From: Octopus bimaculoides
Lineage: Eukaryota
DNA length: 64,000 nt
Reading direction: 5' to 3'
Assembly: GCF_001194135.2 (NCBI RefSeq)
Contig: NC_068984.1
Location: 147,566,840-147,630,839 of the forward strand
Shown here: positions 36,928-51,169 of the stretch, piece after piece
How the letters are laid out: each line of letters opens with the position of its first letter
How positions within the stretch are numbered: the first letter of the stretch is position 1
Translations under genes and position numbers: made by a program
Notes under the pieces: generated by a model
Database searches by the model: none
Told to the model about the DNA's origin: nothing
What the model saw: the letters and a program-made list of their open reading frames with translations, nothing else

Positions 36928-38147
36928 GTAAGTTCTCATTTTTTATTTTACTTTCACAGAAATTTAAGCAGAGTTTTGGGAGTAGCTTAACTTTCCTAGT
37001 TTGTTGTTTGAGTAATTTTTAATGCCGTTTCTACAACTTTTAGTAGTGATCTTGGGGTAATGTTTAAGATGTTAATTTAACCCCTTTGTTTCTATATTTC
37101 TGTTAAAATATACTGTTTTTGTTTCAATATAGAAATGCTGTATTTGCTCAAGTCGCTTCCCCTAATTCACTGTTAAAACTTGGTACAAAATTTTTTCCAT
37201 GCCAGTTTTTTCAGTTAAATTCTCATTGCCCTTTCTAGACTCATGGGAGAAATTGAAATTAGTGTTACACGTCGTCAAGAAATATTTGTACTAGGCATTA
37301 CCATGTTGTTAAGAACTATGCTTCCCAGCCACGTGCTTTTTGGCTCAATCTCAGTGTGTTGCACCTTGAGCAAGTGTCTTCTATGATAGGCCAGTGATGA
37401 CCAGAGCTTTGTGAGTGGATTTGGTAGGTGGAAACTGAAAGAAGTCCACTCTGTTGTGTATGTATGTATTTGTGTCTCCTTGTCTTGACATCATGTGACA
37501 GCTGTAAATGGAAGTCATTCATTTTCAAATATCCTGTGAAAACATGTCTGTTCGTGGAGGAATATTACCTTATTTGGAAACAGATAAGAGTTGACAATAG
37601 GATCGGGATCCAACTGTAGAAAACCTGCCTCAATAAATTCCTTCTGATCCATGCAAGCTTGCAAAAATGAACATTAAAACAATGAGGATAACTATTCCTA
37701 TAGGTTTAAGAGATGAACCCGACTTAAGGCATGTATTTACAGTTCAATCACCTCAGTCAGCTAGAATCAAGTATCTTGTTCATGCAATTAAAATGACACT
37801 GGAGTAAAATATACAAAGCCCAGTATACCCATCATGTATACCCAGTATACCCATCATGACTATCCGTCTGATAAGGGTACACCAGGCCCATGCATCATAA
37901 CCAAATGTGATATGTGGTGACATAGTGATCTGATACCAAAATAAACAGTGCACGACCTTGCAGGTGGGGCCCAGTTAGAATTTTCTTTAGATTAAGTAGC
38001 TCATCCGGTTCAAAAGGTCCCTGAATAAGGGTTGTTTAAGGTTGTTGAACGAAACACCCATGTTTCCAAAGGTAAATTATCCAAACCCCAAAGAATTCCT
38101 TTCGGCACATGGCTATGATTCTTCCCCAAAAGTTTGTTATTATTTAA

Positions 38148-38363
38148 CCCTTTGTTTGCCAACCTGGCTGAAACCGGCTCTGGCAATACAAATGTCTTGT
38201 TTTCATAAGTTTTGAATTAAAATCTTCCACCAAACCTTAGTCACAATTTATGTTCCTAACACCAGCTGAATGATAACCAAGTTATTTTACTAAATTCTTT
38301 GTTATATTTAAAGTAATTGAAAGAAACACAGAGCATCTCAACAGGAATATGGTAACGAAATGG
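38148..38363. mobile_element. piggyBac-like MITE
   Basis: TTAA on both sides (38144-38147 and 38364-38367); imperfect termini CCCTTTGTT...AACGAAATGG; about 216 bp. Confidence 0.5.
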
Positions 38364-39261
38364 TTAAGACAGCGAGCTGGCAGAATTGTTAGCAAAGCAG
38401 GCAAAATACTTAGAAGCATTTCCTCTGTCTTTACATTCTGAGTTCAAATTCCACCAAGGGCAATTTTGCCTTTCATCCTTTTGCTATTGATAAATTAAGA
38501 ACCGGTGGAACACCGAGGTTGATGTAATTAACTAGCCTTTAATAGAAAGGATTATTATTACTTGTAGTAGTAGCAGTAGTAGTAGTCCACCACAGTTGAC
38601 TTTGCCATTTGTCCTTTTGACATTGATGAAATAAGTTTGAACCCAAGATACCAAGAGCACTGGGGGGGGGCATTGTAATCGCCTCCCCACCTGCAAATTT
38701 CAGGCTTTGTGTTTATCATAGAAAGAAGTTTCATTATTACCCTGCATCTAACATACAGGCACAGCATCCTCCGTCCCAGGGCTAAGTTGACTTGCGAGCT
38801 TTATTGTGACCTAAGTAGTGCCAGTGGCACGGAAAAAGCACCAAGCACACACTGTAAAGGGGTTGGCATTAGGAAGGGCGTCCACCACCCATAGAAACCA
38901 GACAGCAGAGCACAATCCAATCCTTTCATTCATTGGATCCTTGTCAATGCATCCAACCCATGCCAGCATGGAATACAGATGTTAATGATGATGATGATTA
39001 TGAATAGATGTGAAGTAAAACTGCTGCAGATGGAATTCTCTTTCCACGACAGCAATTACCCACCAATCACTATACACATTAATGAGCTGATAGCAAATTA
39101 AATGTGAAACAGTGTTATTATGTTGAATAAATTTAGAACTAAATGAAGAGTGAAAAACCATCCTCTTCCTCTCTAACCAAAATTGGCAGCAAGTTACCAA
39201 AATGAAATAATGATTTCCTTGTGTCCTTGAGGTTTCATGAACTTAATTACTTTAATTGCAG

Positions 39262-39344
39262 AATACTCCGGTATCTTACATCAAGGAAATGTCTGATTCA
39301 GCACTGTTCTACACCAACCGTGTTCTCAAAGAATTCAAAGAGAA
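39262..39344 (+). CDS. CAP1: CAP exon 6: NTPVSYIKEMSDSALFYTNRVLKEFKE(K)
   Basis: Contains the signature KEM.D.A.FYTNRVLKE; TTGCAG acceptor and AA|GTAAGT donor; phase 0 to 2. Confidence 0.97.
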
Positions 39345-40255
39345 GTAAGTCTCCAGTTATTTTTATCCTCATCCACCAAATCATCATCATCATTTCATGC
39401 TACTTTCCATGCTTGCATTGGATTGGATGGAATTTGTGGGCATAGATTTTATCTGCCCATCCTGTTACTAAACCTCAGCTGCTTCCCCCAACGACCAGAC
39501 ATGTTTTCATGGAAGTCTGCAAATGGACACCATTTGCTTGATGGTGGCACTCTTTTACAAGGAGACAATAACAGACATGCACTCACTTACATATACACAC
39601 ACAAACATACCCATGTACACACACTCAATGGGGCTTCCTTTCAGTTTCCATCTACCAAATCCACCTGCAAGGCTTTGATCAGCTTGGAGCTAAAGTAGAA
39701 GACATTTTCCCAGTGTACCACTGTGTGATACACTAGACAAAGTTCTTACCCTTCTGCGTCAATAAATTTGATTTTCCTCCAAAGTAGTTCAATCATTTAA
39801 ATTCTTTTTTAATTGTCTTTAATTAAGGGTCTGCTCTCTCTCTTCCTTCTTTTCTGTCTCCCCTCCTTTATCTTAAAACACAAAAAAAAAAAACCATCTA
39901 CAAACATCAATGATGTTTGAGTCAATCCCGCTTAAATTACTCGTCCACCACTGCCAAATAAAAAGTCCAGTCTACTTAGAAATCTTGGAAACTACATATT
40001 ACATTGGATTCTCAGTGTGTGTGTGTGATGAAAATGTTGTTTAAATATAATCACAGGTGTTATCTTCTATCTTTCTTCACCAGAATTGATTGTTGGTTCA
40101 TGACATTATGTACATTAGCACCGACCTTATCATTAGACTAAAATATATCCTTATTGATGATGATGATGATGATGGTGGTGGTGGAGGTAATAATATAGGT
40201 GTTACTGTTGATTATGATGATGGTGATAACTATGATGATTTTGGTTTACTTGTAG

Positions 40256-40361
40256 AGATGCAACTCATGTTGAGTGGACCAAAGCTTGGATTAATGCCTT
40301 GAAAGAGCTTCAATCCTATGTCAAAGAATACCACACTACAGGACTCTCTTGGAATCCACAG
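40256..40361 (+). CDS. CAP1: CAP exon 7 (end of HFD): DATHVEWTKAWINALKELQSYVKEYHTTGLSWNPQ
   Basis: Contains the signature HV.W...EL..Y.KE.HTTGL.W; TGTAG acceptor and CAG|GTCAGT donor; phase 2 to 0. Confidence 0.97.
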
Positions 40362-43174
40362 GTCAGTATTTTCTTCTTGGTGTCCAGCAAGCGCTTCTAC
40401 AAGATCTCACCAATTTAGGCCAGTATCAGTTTGCAATAAAAGAAAACTGCCGAATACATCAGACAGGATTAGGTTGCCATAGGTTACAGCAGCATGAAGA
40501 TCTGAATTATTGATGCCAGGCCAAATATAAGAATGAAGTTGTTTTGAATTCATATTTATTGTGCAGCTAAGCACAAGTGTGGGTATGCGGTTAAGAAGCT
40601 TGGTTGGAAACCATGTGGTCATGGGTTCAGTCCCATGTGTGGCACCTTGCACTATAGCCCATGTCTAACCAAAGCAATATGAGTGAATTTGTTTATCACC
40701 ACCATTTAGCATCTGTTTTCCATGCTGGCATTTATTGTGTGTTTGTGTCTAAAGTTAATAGAATGATTGTAAACGAGCATCATCGTCACACAAGCAAGGT
40801 TGTTTGTTTCAAATGTGTAAAAAAAAACATTTCTGGCCAAGGAGGGGAAATATTACCTTGCTTGGAAACAGGTTGGGGTTGGCAACAGCAAGGACATCCA
40901 GCTATAGAGAATCTGTGTGAACCAGTTCGGTCTGACCCATGCAAGCATAGAAAAGTGGACATTTAATGATGGTGAGTGTGTTGCTGTAACCTATGGCAAC
41001 CTAATCCTGGGCCCTAAAACTGATGTATTAGGTAACAGTAACATCTTATACGGTATTTTTCTCCTTCTCTTTCTCTCTCTCCACTTTCTGTGTTTGAGGA
41101 TTGTGTGTTTATTTATATGTAAAGTAAACAGGATTACATGACTGTATTGAACCCTTTTTTTATGTTTTTATACCACAAAATAAACAAACTCTACATGTTC
41201 GTACTCACACATGCATGTAGAACTGGATAGACTCACCCTTCTTTAACAAATACAAGGGATAACCTCACCATATGTTGCAGTGATAAAGGGCATCTCCAAC
41301 CACTTCATCTCAACGTTTGTCATTCTCATGTTTTAGTTAATATTCCTGTAGCTCAGCTGACGATTGCCAACTGTCCCCTTTCTAGATGCAAGTCTCTTAA
41401 AGAAAATGTTTGAGGGGTTCAGCTACCATTTATCTGGTAGCTGTGACAAAGCTATTGAAGTTACTGTGTGGAAGCAAGGTTAGTTAGCATGGTGGAAAAG
41501 ACATTGACGTTTGGTGCTTTACTTTTCAATATATATTTTAACAATCCATTCACCCTATACAATCCTTGGTTTCACTTCTGTTCACTTTCCTGTAAGTTGA
41601 GTGTATCCTCTCCATCACATCTTCACCATCTCTCTCTCTGTCTCCCTCTCTCCCCAACCAAAGTATATCTGCTTTTCTGCAGTTGCCTAGTTTTTTCTCT
41701 CAACTCTCATCTGGCACAAACCACCTTCCTCAATACTATTCCCTCACCTCATCTCATTTCAGAGATCTGGTCTTTTAAATTATTCGGTGACCTCACAGCT
41801 GCTGTGAAGTGGTTGGCATTAGGAAAGGCATCAAGCCATAGAAACCATGCGAGAGCAGACTTAGCTAGGTACAGTCTTCTGATATGCCATCTTCCCTCAA
41901 ACTGTCCAGCCATGATGATGATGATGATGTTTGTTTTTATCTCAAGTTATAAAAACAATTTAACTTTGTACTAAAAAAAATGCTCAATACTTTTTTTGTT
42001 GGGTTCATTTGTTTTTACAAGAAGAGCTGTGACTGTCTGATGAGGAATATGTACCTGACAGAAATAAGTATTGAGGGTTGATCTGTTCAAATAAAACTCT
42101 TCATGACAGTAGCTGCAATCCAATGACTGAAACCAGTAAAAGATCATAGAATAAATGATGAAAAAAAACAACTCAGTAAAATGTAAAGCAAACATTGTAT
42201 GAATTTTAGCCCCCCCCCGCCTCCTCCTCCTCCCCACCATTCTGCTGCCACCAAATAAAACCTTAACTTGATAGGAATCTCTTAAATAAATTCCCCTTTT
42301 TCTTTCTTCTTTTTCCTCCGTTGTTGTTGTAGTGTGGAATCAGCTGTGTTATGGAGGGGTCTAAAGTAACATTTGGTGAGCCAGAAATGTGGGAGGCAGG
42401 CAATGTCAGCAGGAAAAGACCATTATCAGTTCTGCTTCAAAAGAATTCACTTTGATGTTGTCTTTTCATTCTGTTCTGGGAATTCACCTCTTTCCATTGA
42501 AACCCCTTTCTTCTCACATATCTATCCCAACAACAACAACAACAACAACATAACACTTCACTGTTGCTGACGAAGGACCATCTTTACAATTGCTCAGCTT
42601 GCTAGAAATACTGAAATAGCAGCCAAATCTCCCTCACGTTGCATTCCATTATATCATCTATATAAGAAAAAGGAAGGACACATTAGAACAATCATGGAAA
42701 AACTGTGGCTCATGGGTCACATGTGGCACTTGGGACTTTCTGAATGGCACACCTAATGAGAAATTACTTTGAATTTTTTTACTTGTGTGACCCAGCTGAT
42801 GATGAACCATCATGTCTCATGTGGCCCACTTCTCAAAAAAGGTGACCCAAGCCTGCATTAGAGAAAGCAATCCTAGATGTGTGAGAAAAGAAAAACAAAA
42901 ACTGTAGAATGGCCACAGTTGGAACACCTTTGGTGATGAGTCTATTTAATCCTGGCCAAACAGCAACAATAACTTACTTCTGAAGGAGGGAACCTCTTTG
43001 TAGTTACTCACCTGTCAAAATTAACCAAATTACCTTCAAATAACAGCCAAAATAAAGCCAGATACATTAGAAAATGTAGTGTCTGATGAACAAGAAACCA
43101 AGACGGTTATGGCTGTAAAAGTCTATAACATGATAGAGCTGCTCAGTTTAAGGCTGACCTGGAGTTAAACATTA

Positions 43175-43206
<32 letters not shown>

Positions 43207-45542
43207 CACTACTACCACCACCACCACCACCACCATCCACTTTTTACACTCACAGTATCAAACAGACCATCAGATACTTACTGTATACTGCTGGTCCCAA
43301 TGCACTTCTAATTCTCTCTTGATTGCATCATTCCTTTCCATCTTGTCCCAAATCCCTTAAATTGTCTCCCCATCGTTGTGGAGGCCTTCCATGTGGTCTT
43401 GGATGTCCCTCAGCATCTGTGCAGGTCCACTTTGCAAGATATTCAGCCCTGCAATCACATTGTTCAGTCTGCTGCGAAAAAACTGCTAAGAATTTCACTT
43501 TTTATATAATTAGAGTAATTGTTGGTCAACCTCAGTGTGGTGCACAGACTTGCAAGAAATAGCAGCTGAATCTCTGTCAAATCATAGATTGGCAATGTAG
43601 GCACTCGAGATAGAAGGCTCATGGCTAAAGCAACTTTGATCTCTTAGGACCAACCTGTTTGTTGTTGGCTTTTTTCTTTTTTCTCTCTACTTTTCTGGGG
43701 CTTCAAAAGATTTGTTTTTTTATGACAAGTCTATCCTAGTGTTTCTTCACTTCTATCATTGCAAAGACTGTCACCAAGGTTTCAAGGTCTTTCTTCCATT
43801 CCTCCTTCCCTCTCTCTCTCTCCTCTTCTTTCTCTTTCACCTCACTCTGTGTTCATTCATTCCCTGCCTCTTCCCTCTCCAATTTCTTACTCTCCATTCC
43901 TCCCTTTAATCAATTCTCCTGTTAAACTCTCATCAACCCCACACACAGCTGGCCTCCACTTCTCACCAATTTGTTGTCAGTCAGAGCTGCACCTTTTTCC
44001 AGACATGTTTATTTCACTTTCTCTCTCCTATTTTTCTTTACATTAACATAACATCTGTATGCATGTTCATGTATTTACACACACACACATATACATATAC
44101 GTTGGGCCCAGGGCTATAGTAGAAGACACTTGCCCAAGGAGGTACACTGTAGAACTGAGACCAAGACAACATGATTGGGAAGCAAACATCTTAACCACAC
44201 TGCCACACCTGTGTCTATCAGTGTATTAAGTTTTTTTTGTGTGTGTGTGTGTGTGTGTCCACCCAAATTATATTTGTCTTTGGAATTGTTACTTGCTTGG
44301 ATACCCCATTGTTTACTCCACATAAAAGGGATGCTTGTGACAGTCATAATTATCCATTCCACCCTTCAGTTTTTTTTATTATTATTAAACATGTCAGGAG
44401 TAACTAATAAACACACACATGCACACACACACACACACACTTCATCAATCTATCTGTTCCTATTTTTCTTTAGTGGACATCTATCTGACATGTACAAATA
44501 CAAACATAATGTACATACCAATCATCATCATCATCATCATGGAAAATGTGGGAAAATTGAAACAAAACAACTCCACAATCTTGCTTGTGCACACACACAC
44601 AATTGTTTTTTCCTCTCTCTCTTCTTATGAAGGCTAAAAAAAAAATGATGGAGGGGGTGGAATAGTTGATTACATTGACCCCCAGTGATCAACTGGTACT
44701 TATTTTATCAAACCCCAAAGGATGAAAGGTACAGTCAACCTCAGCAGAATTTGAACTCAAAGTGTAAACGCAGATGAAATGCTACTCAGCATCTTGTCCA
44801 GCATATGCTAACGATTCTGCCCACTTGATACCTTTTGGTGTTGCTGTAATAATAAAACACTTGAGTTGCCATAATACAGCAATCAGAGGAGGAGAGGAGT
44901 TGAGGTCTGTGCAAAGATTCAGGTGAATACTCAGGAGTTACTGCAATGTGTTGGGTCAAGGTGCATTGGAAATAACACAAGAGGGAAATATTTACAAGGA
45001 AAAAAAAAAAGAAACAAATATAGCCCCCCCCCCCCCTCATTGTTACGTATCCATCCACCTTCAACAGCTGAAGTGGTGAAGGCTGAAATGGCATGAAACT
45101 AGTGAAGTCAGTAGCAGCAGCAGCAACAATGTTGACAAGGATGAGAATGTTGCAGATTGTTTATAGTTAGTTTCTGAAAGAAAGAAAGAAAGTGCTTTTG
45201 TTAGATTAAAGACTTGCAAACATATATACACATACACATGGGGCCCTTTTAAAATAACCTTATTTTTGTTATGATGTACAGAGAAAATACACAGTGAAAT
45301 ATAAGACCCATGTTAAGAAAAGTAATTTCCTTTTTAGGGTCTCAAATGCAACAGTAAGTAGGAGGGGAACACAACTTTCCTTATTTTATGTATGTGTGAG
45401 TGGAGATATACATATGTGTGTGTGTGTGTGTGTGTGTATATACACACACATACACGCGCACGTAGAGATATATGTATGTGGGTGTGTATGAGTGTATGTA
45501 TGTGTATATGTAAGTGCATGTATGTGTGTGTGTGTATATATA

Positions 45543-45579
<37 letters not shown>

Positions 45580-47170
45580 TTGTATAGTAGATATTTTATC
45601 TCTTTACATACTCAAGTCAGCTCACTAATTGCTCTGCTGACGAGTTTTAGTAAGAGTGGTGAGGTAAAGGCAGGAAGAGGGGTGGGCAATGCTATCATCT
45701 TCATCATCATCATCATCCTCATCACCTCCTCCTCTTCTGGCTCACTGCCCCCTTCAAAAGACTGTATGGTTAACTTAGCTTTTACACATTTCTGCAAAAA
45801 TGTTTTATTTGTAACTATAGAAGGCAATTATCTTCTAAAATTATTTTTCTCTCCCACTTTTCCTCCTCCTTCTCCCCACCTTTTTTCTTGTTTCTTTTTG
45901 TCATTTTACCACTTTTGAGAAAAGGGGGAAAGAAAAAGGGGATAGTTGTATAATTAAAACACACGGTGTTACTTTTGCTGTTGTTGTTGTTACTGGTGCT
46001 GTAACAGATAGAATGGAAAGCTTATCAGCAGGTCTCATTGGCTGACAATTTAATTTGATATAAAAACAAAACAAATCTAGAGGACAAGGAACAAGGGCAG
46101 TGATTGCTGTAGGATTAATAGTAGTGGTGGTGGTGGTGGTATCAGAAGGGAACCAGAAATTCTTGACGCCAACTGTATGAAACTATTTGTTGCATCATTG
46201 CTATGATTCCTTATTAACAACAATACTATTACCACTACTACTACTACTAATAATAATAATAATAATGCTTTCTATTATAGGCACAAGGCCTGAAATTTGG
46301 GGGAGGGGTATAGTCGATTACATCAACCTCAGTACCTGACGGGTATTTATTTTATTAACCCTGAAAGGATTAAAAGCAAAGTTGATCTCAGCAGGATTTC
46401 AGCCCAGAATGTAAAAAAAACCAAAAGAAATGACAGAAAGCATTTTGTCTCAAAGACAGCTCTTTCCATTTGACAATGGTGGTAATTCTTTGTATGTTGT
46501 TGTTGCCGTCTCCCTCTCTCTCTCTCTCCTTTTCCTGTACTTCCTTCAGGTTGGGTAGCCATGTATTTCCTTTGCAGTAGTACACCTGTTTCTGTCTTCA
46601 TTCCTGATCTCTCTCTCTCTCTCGGGCCAGGTAACCTGGTACCTCCTCTACAGCAAGACACTCGTTTCTGTCTCTCTGGCCTCACTATAACCTTTCATCA
46701 TCTGACACAAAATCACCTCCTCCAAAACCCCCTCCCCTCTCAAAAGAGTTGTTTTCTTTTTGTTTGTTTTTTTGTCTTGCAAGGTACTTGGTGACCCCTG
46801 TCAGTGCAGGTGCCACTTAAAGAGCACCCAGTCCACACTGTGAAGTGGTTGGTGTTAGGAAGGGCATCCAGCTGTAAAAATCCTGCTAAAACAGTTAGAG
46901 AGGTCTGGTGCAGACTTCTGCCTGGCCAGCTCTTGTGAAACGTCCACCTTCCATGGAAGCTGGATGTTAAATGATGATGGTGATGATGTATATGTAGATA
47001 TATGTATGTATGTATGTATATGTGTGTGTGTGTGTGTGTGTGTATAGATCGGAAGAGNNNNNNNNNNATATATATGGTAAATTCCCAAAAATGAAAAGCA
47101 AACAAAAAAAAATGCAAGGACGTAGTACATGAAAAGTATTAGCAGATGCTCAGGGAAGGAAAGAAAGATG

Positions 47171-47206
47171 GTTTAACGTTTTGAGCAGATGCTCTTCTTC
47201 AGAAAC
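47171..47206 (-). ncRNA. Decayed minimal type I hammerhead-ribozyme-like motif
   Basis: Minus strand reads GTTT-CTGAAGA-A-GAGC-ATCT-GCTC-AAAAC-GTT-AAAC. Stem I is GTTT/AAAC and stem II is GAGC/GCTC. The core GAAA is changed to AAAA. Confidence 0.4.
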
Positions 47207-47290
47207 AGGAAAATCCAAAAGAAAAGGCAGAGGAAGAAAATTGCCAATGATTCACATGTGGTTACATTTTGAATATATATGTATATGTAG

Positions 47291-47325
<35 letters not shown>

Positions 47326-48799
47326 AACATGTGTATATATATGTATGTAGGTATATATATATGCATATATAGATATGTGTGTGTCGTCATCATCACCACC
47401 ATTTAATGTCCGTTTTCCATGCTGACATGGGTTGGACGGTTTGACTGAAGTCTGGAGAGCCAGTGGCTGCACCAGGCTCCTATCTGATCTGGCAGAGTTT
47501 CTACAGCTGGATGCCTTTCCTAACGCCAAGCACTCCGCGAGTGTAGTGGGTGCTTTTTATGTGCCACCGACACGGGAGCCAGTCAGTTGGTACTGGCAAT
47601 GGCCACGTTTGGATGGTGCTTTTTACATTCCACTGGCACAGGAGCCAGTCAGGCAACAAATACCTAACATACATATAAGTGCAGGTACCAACCACATGGT
47701 TCCGGGTTCAGTCCCACTGCATGGCACCTTGGGGAAGTGTCTTCTACTACAGCCTCAGGCTGGCCAAAGCCTTGTGAGTGTACTTGGTAGAAGGAGACTG
47801 AAAGAAGCCCATTGTATATATGTGTGTGTCGTGGAAAGAGAATTCCAACTGCAGCAGTTTTACTTCACATCTGTTAATAATCATCATTGGCAAAAGAAAC
47901 CGATAGAATAAGTTCTGGGGTTGATTAGTCCGACTAAAGGTGGTGCTCCAGCATGGCTGCAAATGACTGAAACAAAAGAGTATACAAAAAAAAAAAAAGA
48001 TAACTGGTTATATTTATCTGAAGTCACCGCCACCACCACAAACCAATTAGTGAAGAGATATTTATATTACTATATATAATAAACTAATTTTAACTATCAT
48101 GTTTGCCCCCGTCTCCATCCTCACACATCAATGGAGTGTCATGTACATTGTGTCATGTTACAACATCATCTGATAACTCTGATCTACTCGGTACCATTTG
48201 GTGACCCTGTAAGAAACCCTCATCTAGTTTTCTTTTCATGTGGTGGATATGTTATATCAGAGTATCTGTTGCAGGATCTGTGTGTGTGTGTGTGTGTCTC
48301 TGTCTGAATGTGTATGTTTCAGCTCATACTCTACATGAAATGCGATATATATCATTTGATAACTTTCAAGTTCCTTATTGTGCTGTGGATGTTTGGTGGG
48401 GGAGGTATATTGGAAATATGACTGTACTTAAATATTATCTTCTCTGAGAAATTTTTTTTTTTATTAGACTTCTGCATATTACTTTATCAATTCGTATTTA
48501 GTTTTGAACAATATTATTCAGAGGTCCATCTATATTTCTAGCCTTTCTCTTAGAAGAAATCTTTTTAAACTGGACAGAAATCATGGGAATGATGTGTTAA
48601 TGACAATAACATCAACACAAACGTTGAAACCACATTTCAGTCCATTAGGAAGCAGGGATGTATTTCAGGGGCTGATTTTCTGTGAGTGTTTTTGCTCAAA
48701 GTTATCTTTCATTCTCTTAGGGTTGAATTTATTTTCTTTTTTTATTTTGTAAATGGAACTCTGTCATCACTGAAGTGAGTTTCAGCAGAACACAATGTT

Positions 48800-49300
48800 T
48801 CTAGTTCAATGTTTTATGGTGTCATCTCATGTGAGAACTCAGACCTCTTTCGGATTTGCAGATCCAGTTGTTGCCATATTAAATGGCTAGACTCATTCCA
48901 TCTTCACTGTATTCATACAATTTGCAACATCAAATGGCAGGCCAGTGTCTCTAACACAGGCTCTTTCAAGATGTGACATTCTAGGCATAGGGAGTCCCTA
49001 CTAAAGTGAAACCGAGATGGGTTGGCCATGCAGTATGAATGAAAGACACTCACTTACCTAAAGCCCCCTTTTATGGTCAGTTCAGCTCTGATGCGAGGCA
49101 CTAAGGTTGCCCACTGCAGTTATAAGGACGTGCTCTAAAGATTTACTTGAAAATCTACAATATAAAACTGAACACATGCAAATTGCTAGCACTGAGTAGA
49201 GCTCAGTGCAGTGAAGTGCTTGCTATAAAGCCGTCTCTACCTTTGAAGCAACCAAGAGCAACGTCCTAATGGAGAGAAAAGGCCAGAGCTGGATCCATTC
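48800..49300 (+). mobile_element. Old RTE-type LINE 3' fragment
   Basis: Degenerate RWVGH...LPKAPFYGQ...YKD.LK-like motifs across frameshifts. Confidence 0.55.
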
Positions 49301-49952
49301 TACTTCCAAACTATCATGGAGACAGTGACAAACTTTGCTGCTGTATTATTGTTCTAAAATAAAGACAAAAAGACGACTAATATTAAGATAGGTGGCCCTC
49401 AATGGAAAAATGGGAAGACAGCTGTGTTTTCAATGACATGTTTGGTGTAAAACATCTTTACCATGTGTGTGTGTGTGTGTGTGTGTATAGAATATCTGCT
49501 TCTTCTTGCTTGCATGGATTGTAAATTTTCTAAAGCTCGATAATCTTCCTGTGGCCAACCTTTGTCCCTTTCCAGATGACTCTTTCACTTTGTTACACAT
49601 ATTTAAAGTTGGTGATCCACTTCTTTGCACTGTTTATGAAGCTAGGGACATAATCATTAAAATAGAGATGCTAGCATGTGATCTATTCAATTATCTTATT
49701 TACATGATACAGATATGTGACCTGATGATTTCATTATAAATGTATGAGGTACATGGATGTTTGCTTGCCTTCTTGGAGGAGGGGATCATCTTGTATATGG
49801 AAGGGGATTTCCAGTAGACACTCACTCACTCCATACACACATTCACACACACACACACATTATATTATGCATATTAATAATCAATTTTCCTGTTTGCATC
49901 ACCACCAAACTTATAAATACACACACACACACACACACACATACATACATAC

Positions 49953-49996
<44 letters not shown>

Positions 49997-51120
49997 TTTT
50001 ATTTGTATCAGACTGCAGCCATGCCGGAGCACCGTCTTTTAGTTGAACAAATTGACCCCAAGATTTATTCTTTGTAGGCCTGGTACTTATTCTCTCAGTC
50101 TCTTTTGCTGAACCACTAAGTTAGTGACATAGACACACCAACATCAGTTATCAAGTTATGGTGGGGGAACAAACACAAAGACACCTACATCCATGTGTGT
50201 GTGTGTGTGCATACACACAAAATCGAATAATATTTTGCCTTGTCTAAATACGGTTATTCCATTACACTATTTTTTTTCCTGTTTATCTTTGTGAGGTAGA
50301 GAGAAAGATGGATGTGTTAGATGACTCTTGTCATCTTTTCCTTTCTGCTTGGAGACAGGGAAAATGGAGAGAAGCTAGCTAAGATATCATTTGATAGCGA
50401 TGGCAACAATGATTTGATAACTTTGATGTCAGTTTTGTCTTATCTCTGAGAGCAAGAAACAAATAGACAATCCAACAGACATTAATTTACTTCTTTACTT
50501 TTTGTAGTTCTACTCCTTTCTATGCAATCTTTATCTTGTTAGATTTTTTTGATGTTGGTTTGCACGAGAGAAGTCTTCAGTACAATATCTCAATCACATC
50601 TGCCTTCACTTGTAAGGCCAAATATTTATTGAGGAAGACCTCTGTTCCAAGGTCTTCCTATTATTGTGCAATGTTCCAAATTACTCTTTCTGGCTCCTCT
50701 TGTAATTTTGTTGGTTCTATTCCTTATTAACTGTGTGGTAAACTGTTTGCTTCTTAACCACATGGTTTCAGCTTCAGTGCTCTGCTTGGCACAAGACAAG
50801 TGTCTCAAAGAAATTATCTTACTTGGGGAAATGTGAGGGTTAGCAACATAAAAGGCATCCAGCTGTAGAAAATCTGCTTTACTAAACACTTCCCAACTCA
50901 TATAAGCATGGATAAAGTGAATGGTAAATGATGCAATGATATATACTGATTGTTGTGCTAACTCACCCTCTCCTCCTCCCATCCTTAACACACTGTAAAT
51001 TTCTGTACTGTTTTTATTTATTTATTTTTTTTTTTTGTTTAACTAAATGTTCCACTTTTGTACAGCTCCCAACATCTTGGAACCTGTCGCTAATACAAAA
51101 ATTGTCTCTTTCTGCTATTG

Positions 51121-51169
<49 letters not shown>

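Noticed and set aside
42205-42260. C-rich tract after an AG as the P1 exon
   Set aside because: The phase-0 reading gives PPPASSSSPPFCCHQIKP and a stop; the Pro-rich frame also stops quickly; there is no WH2 helix and no donor.
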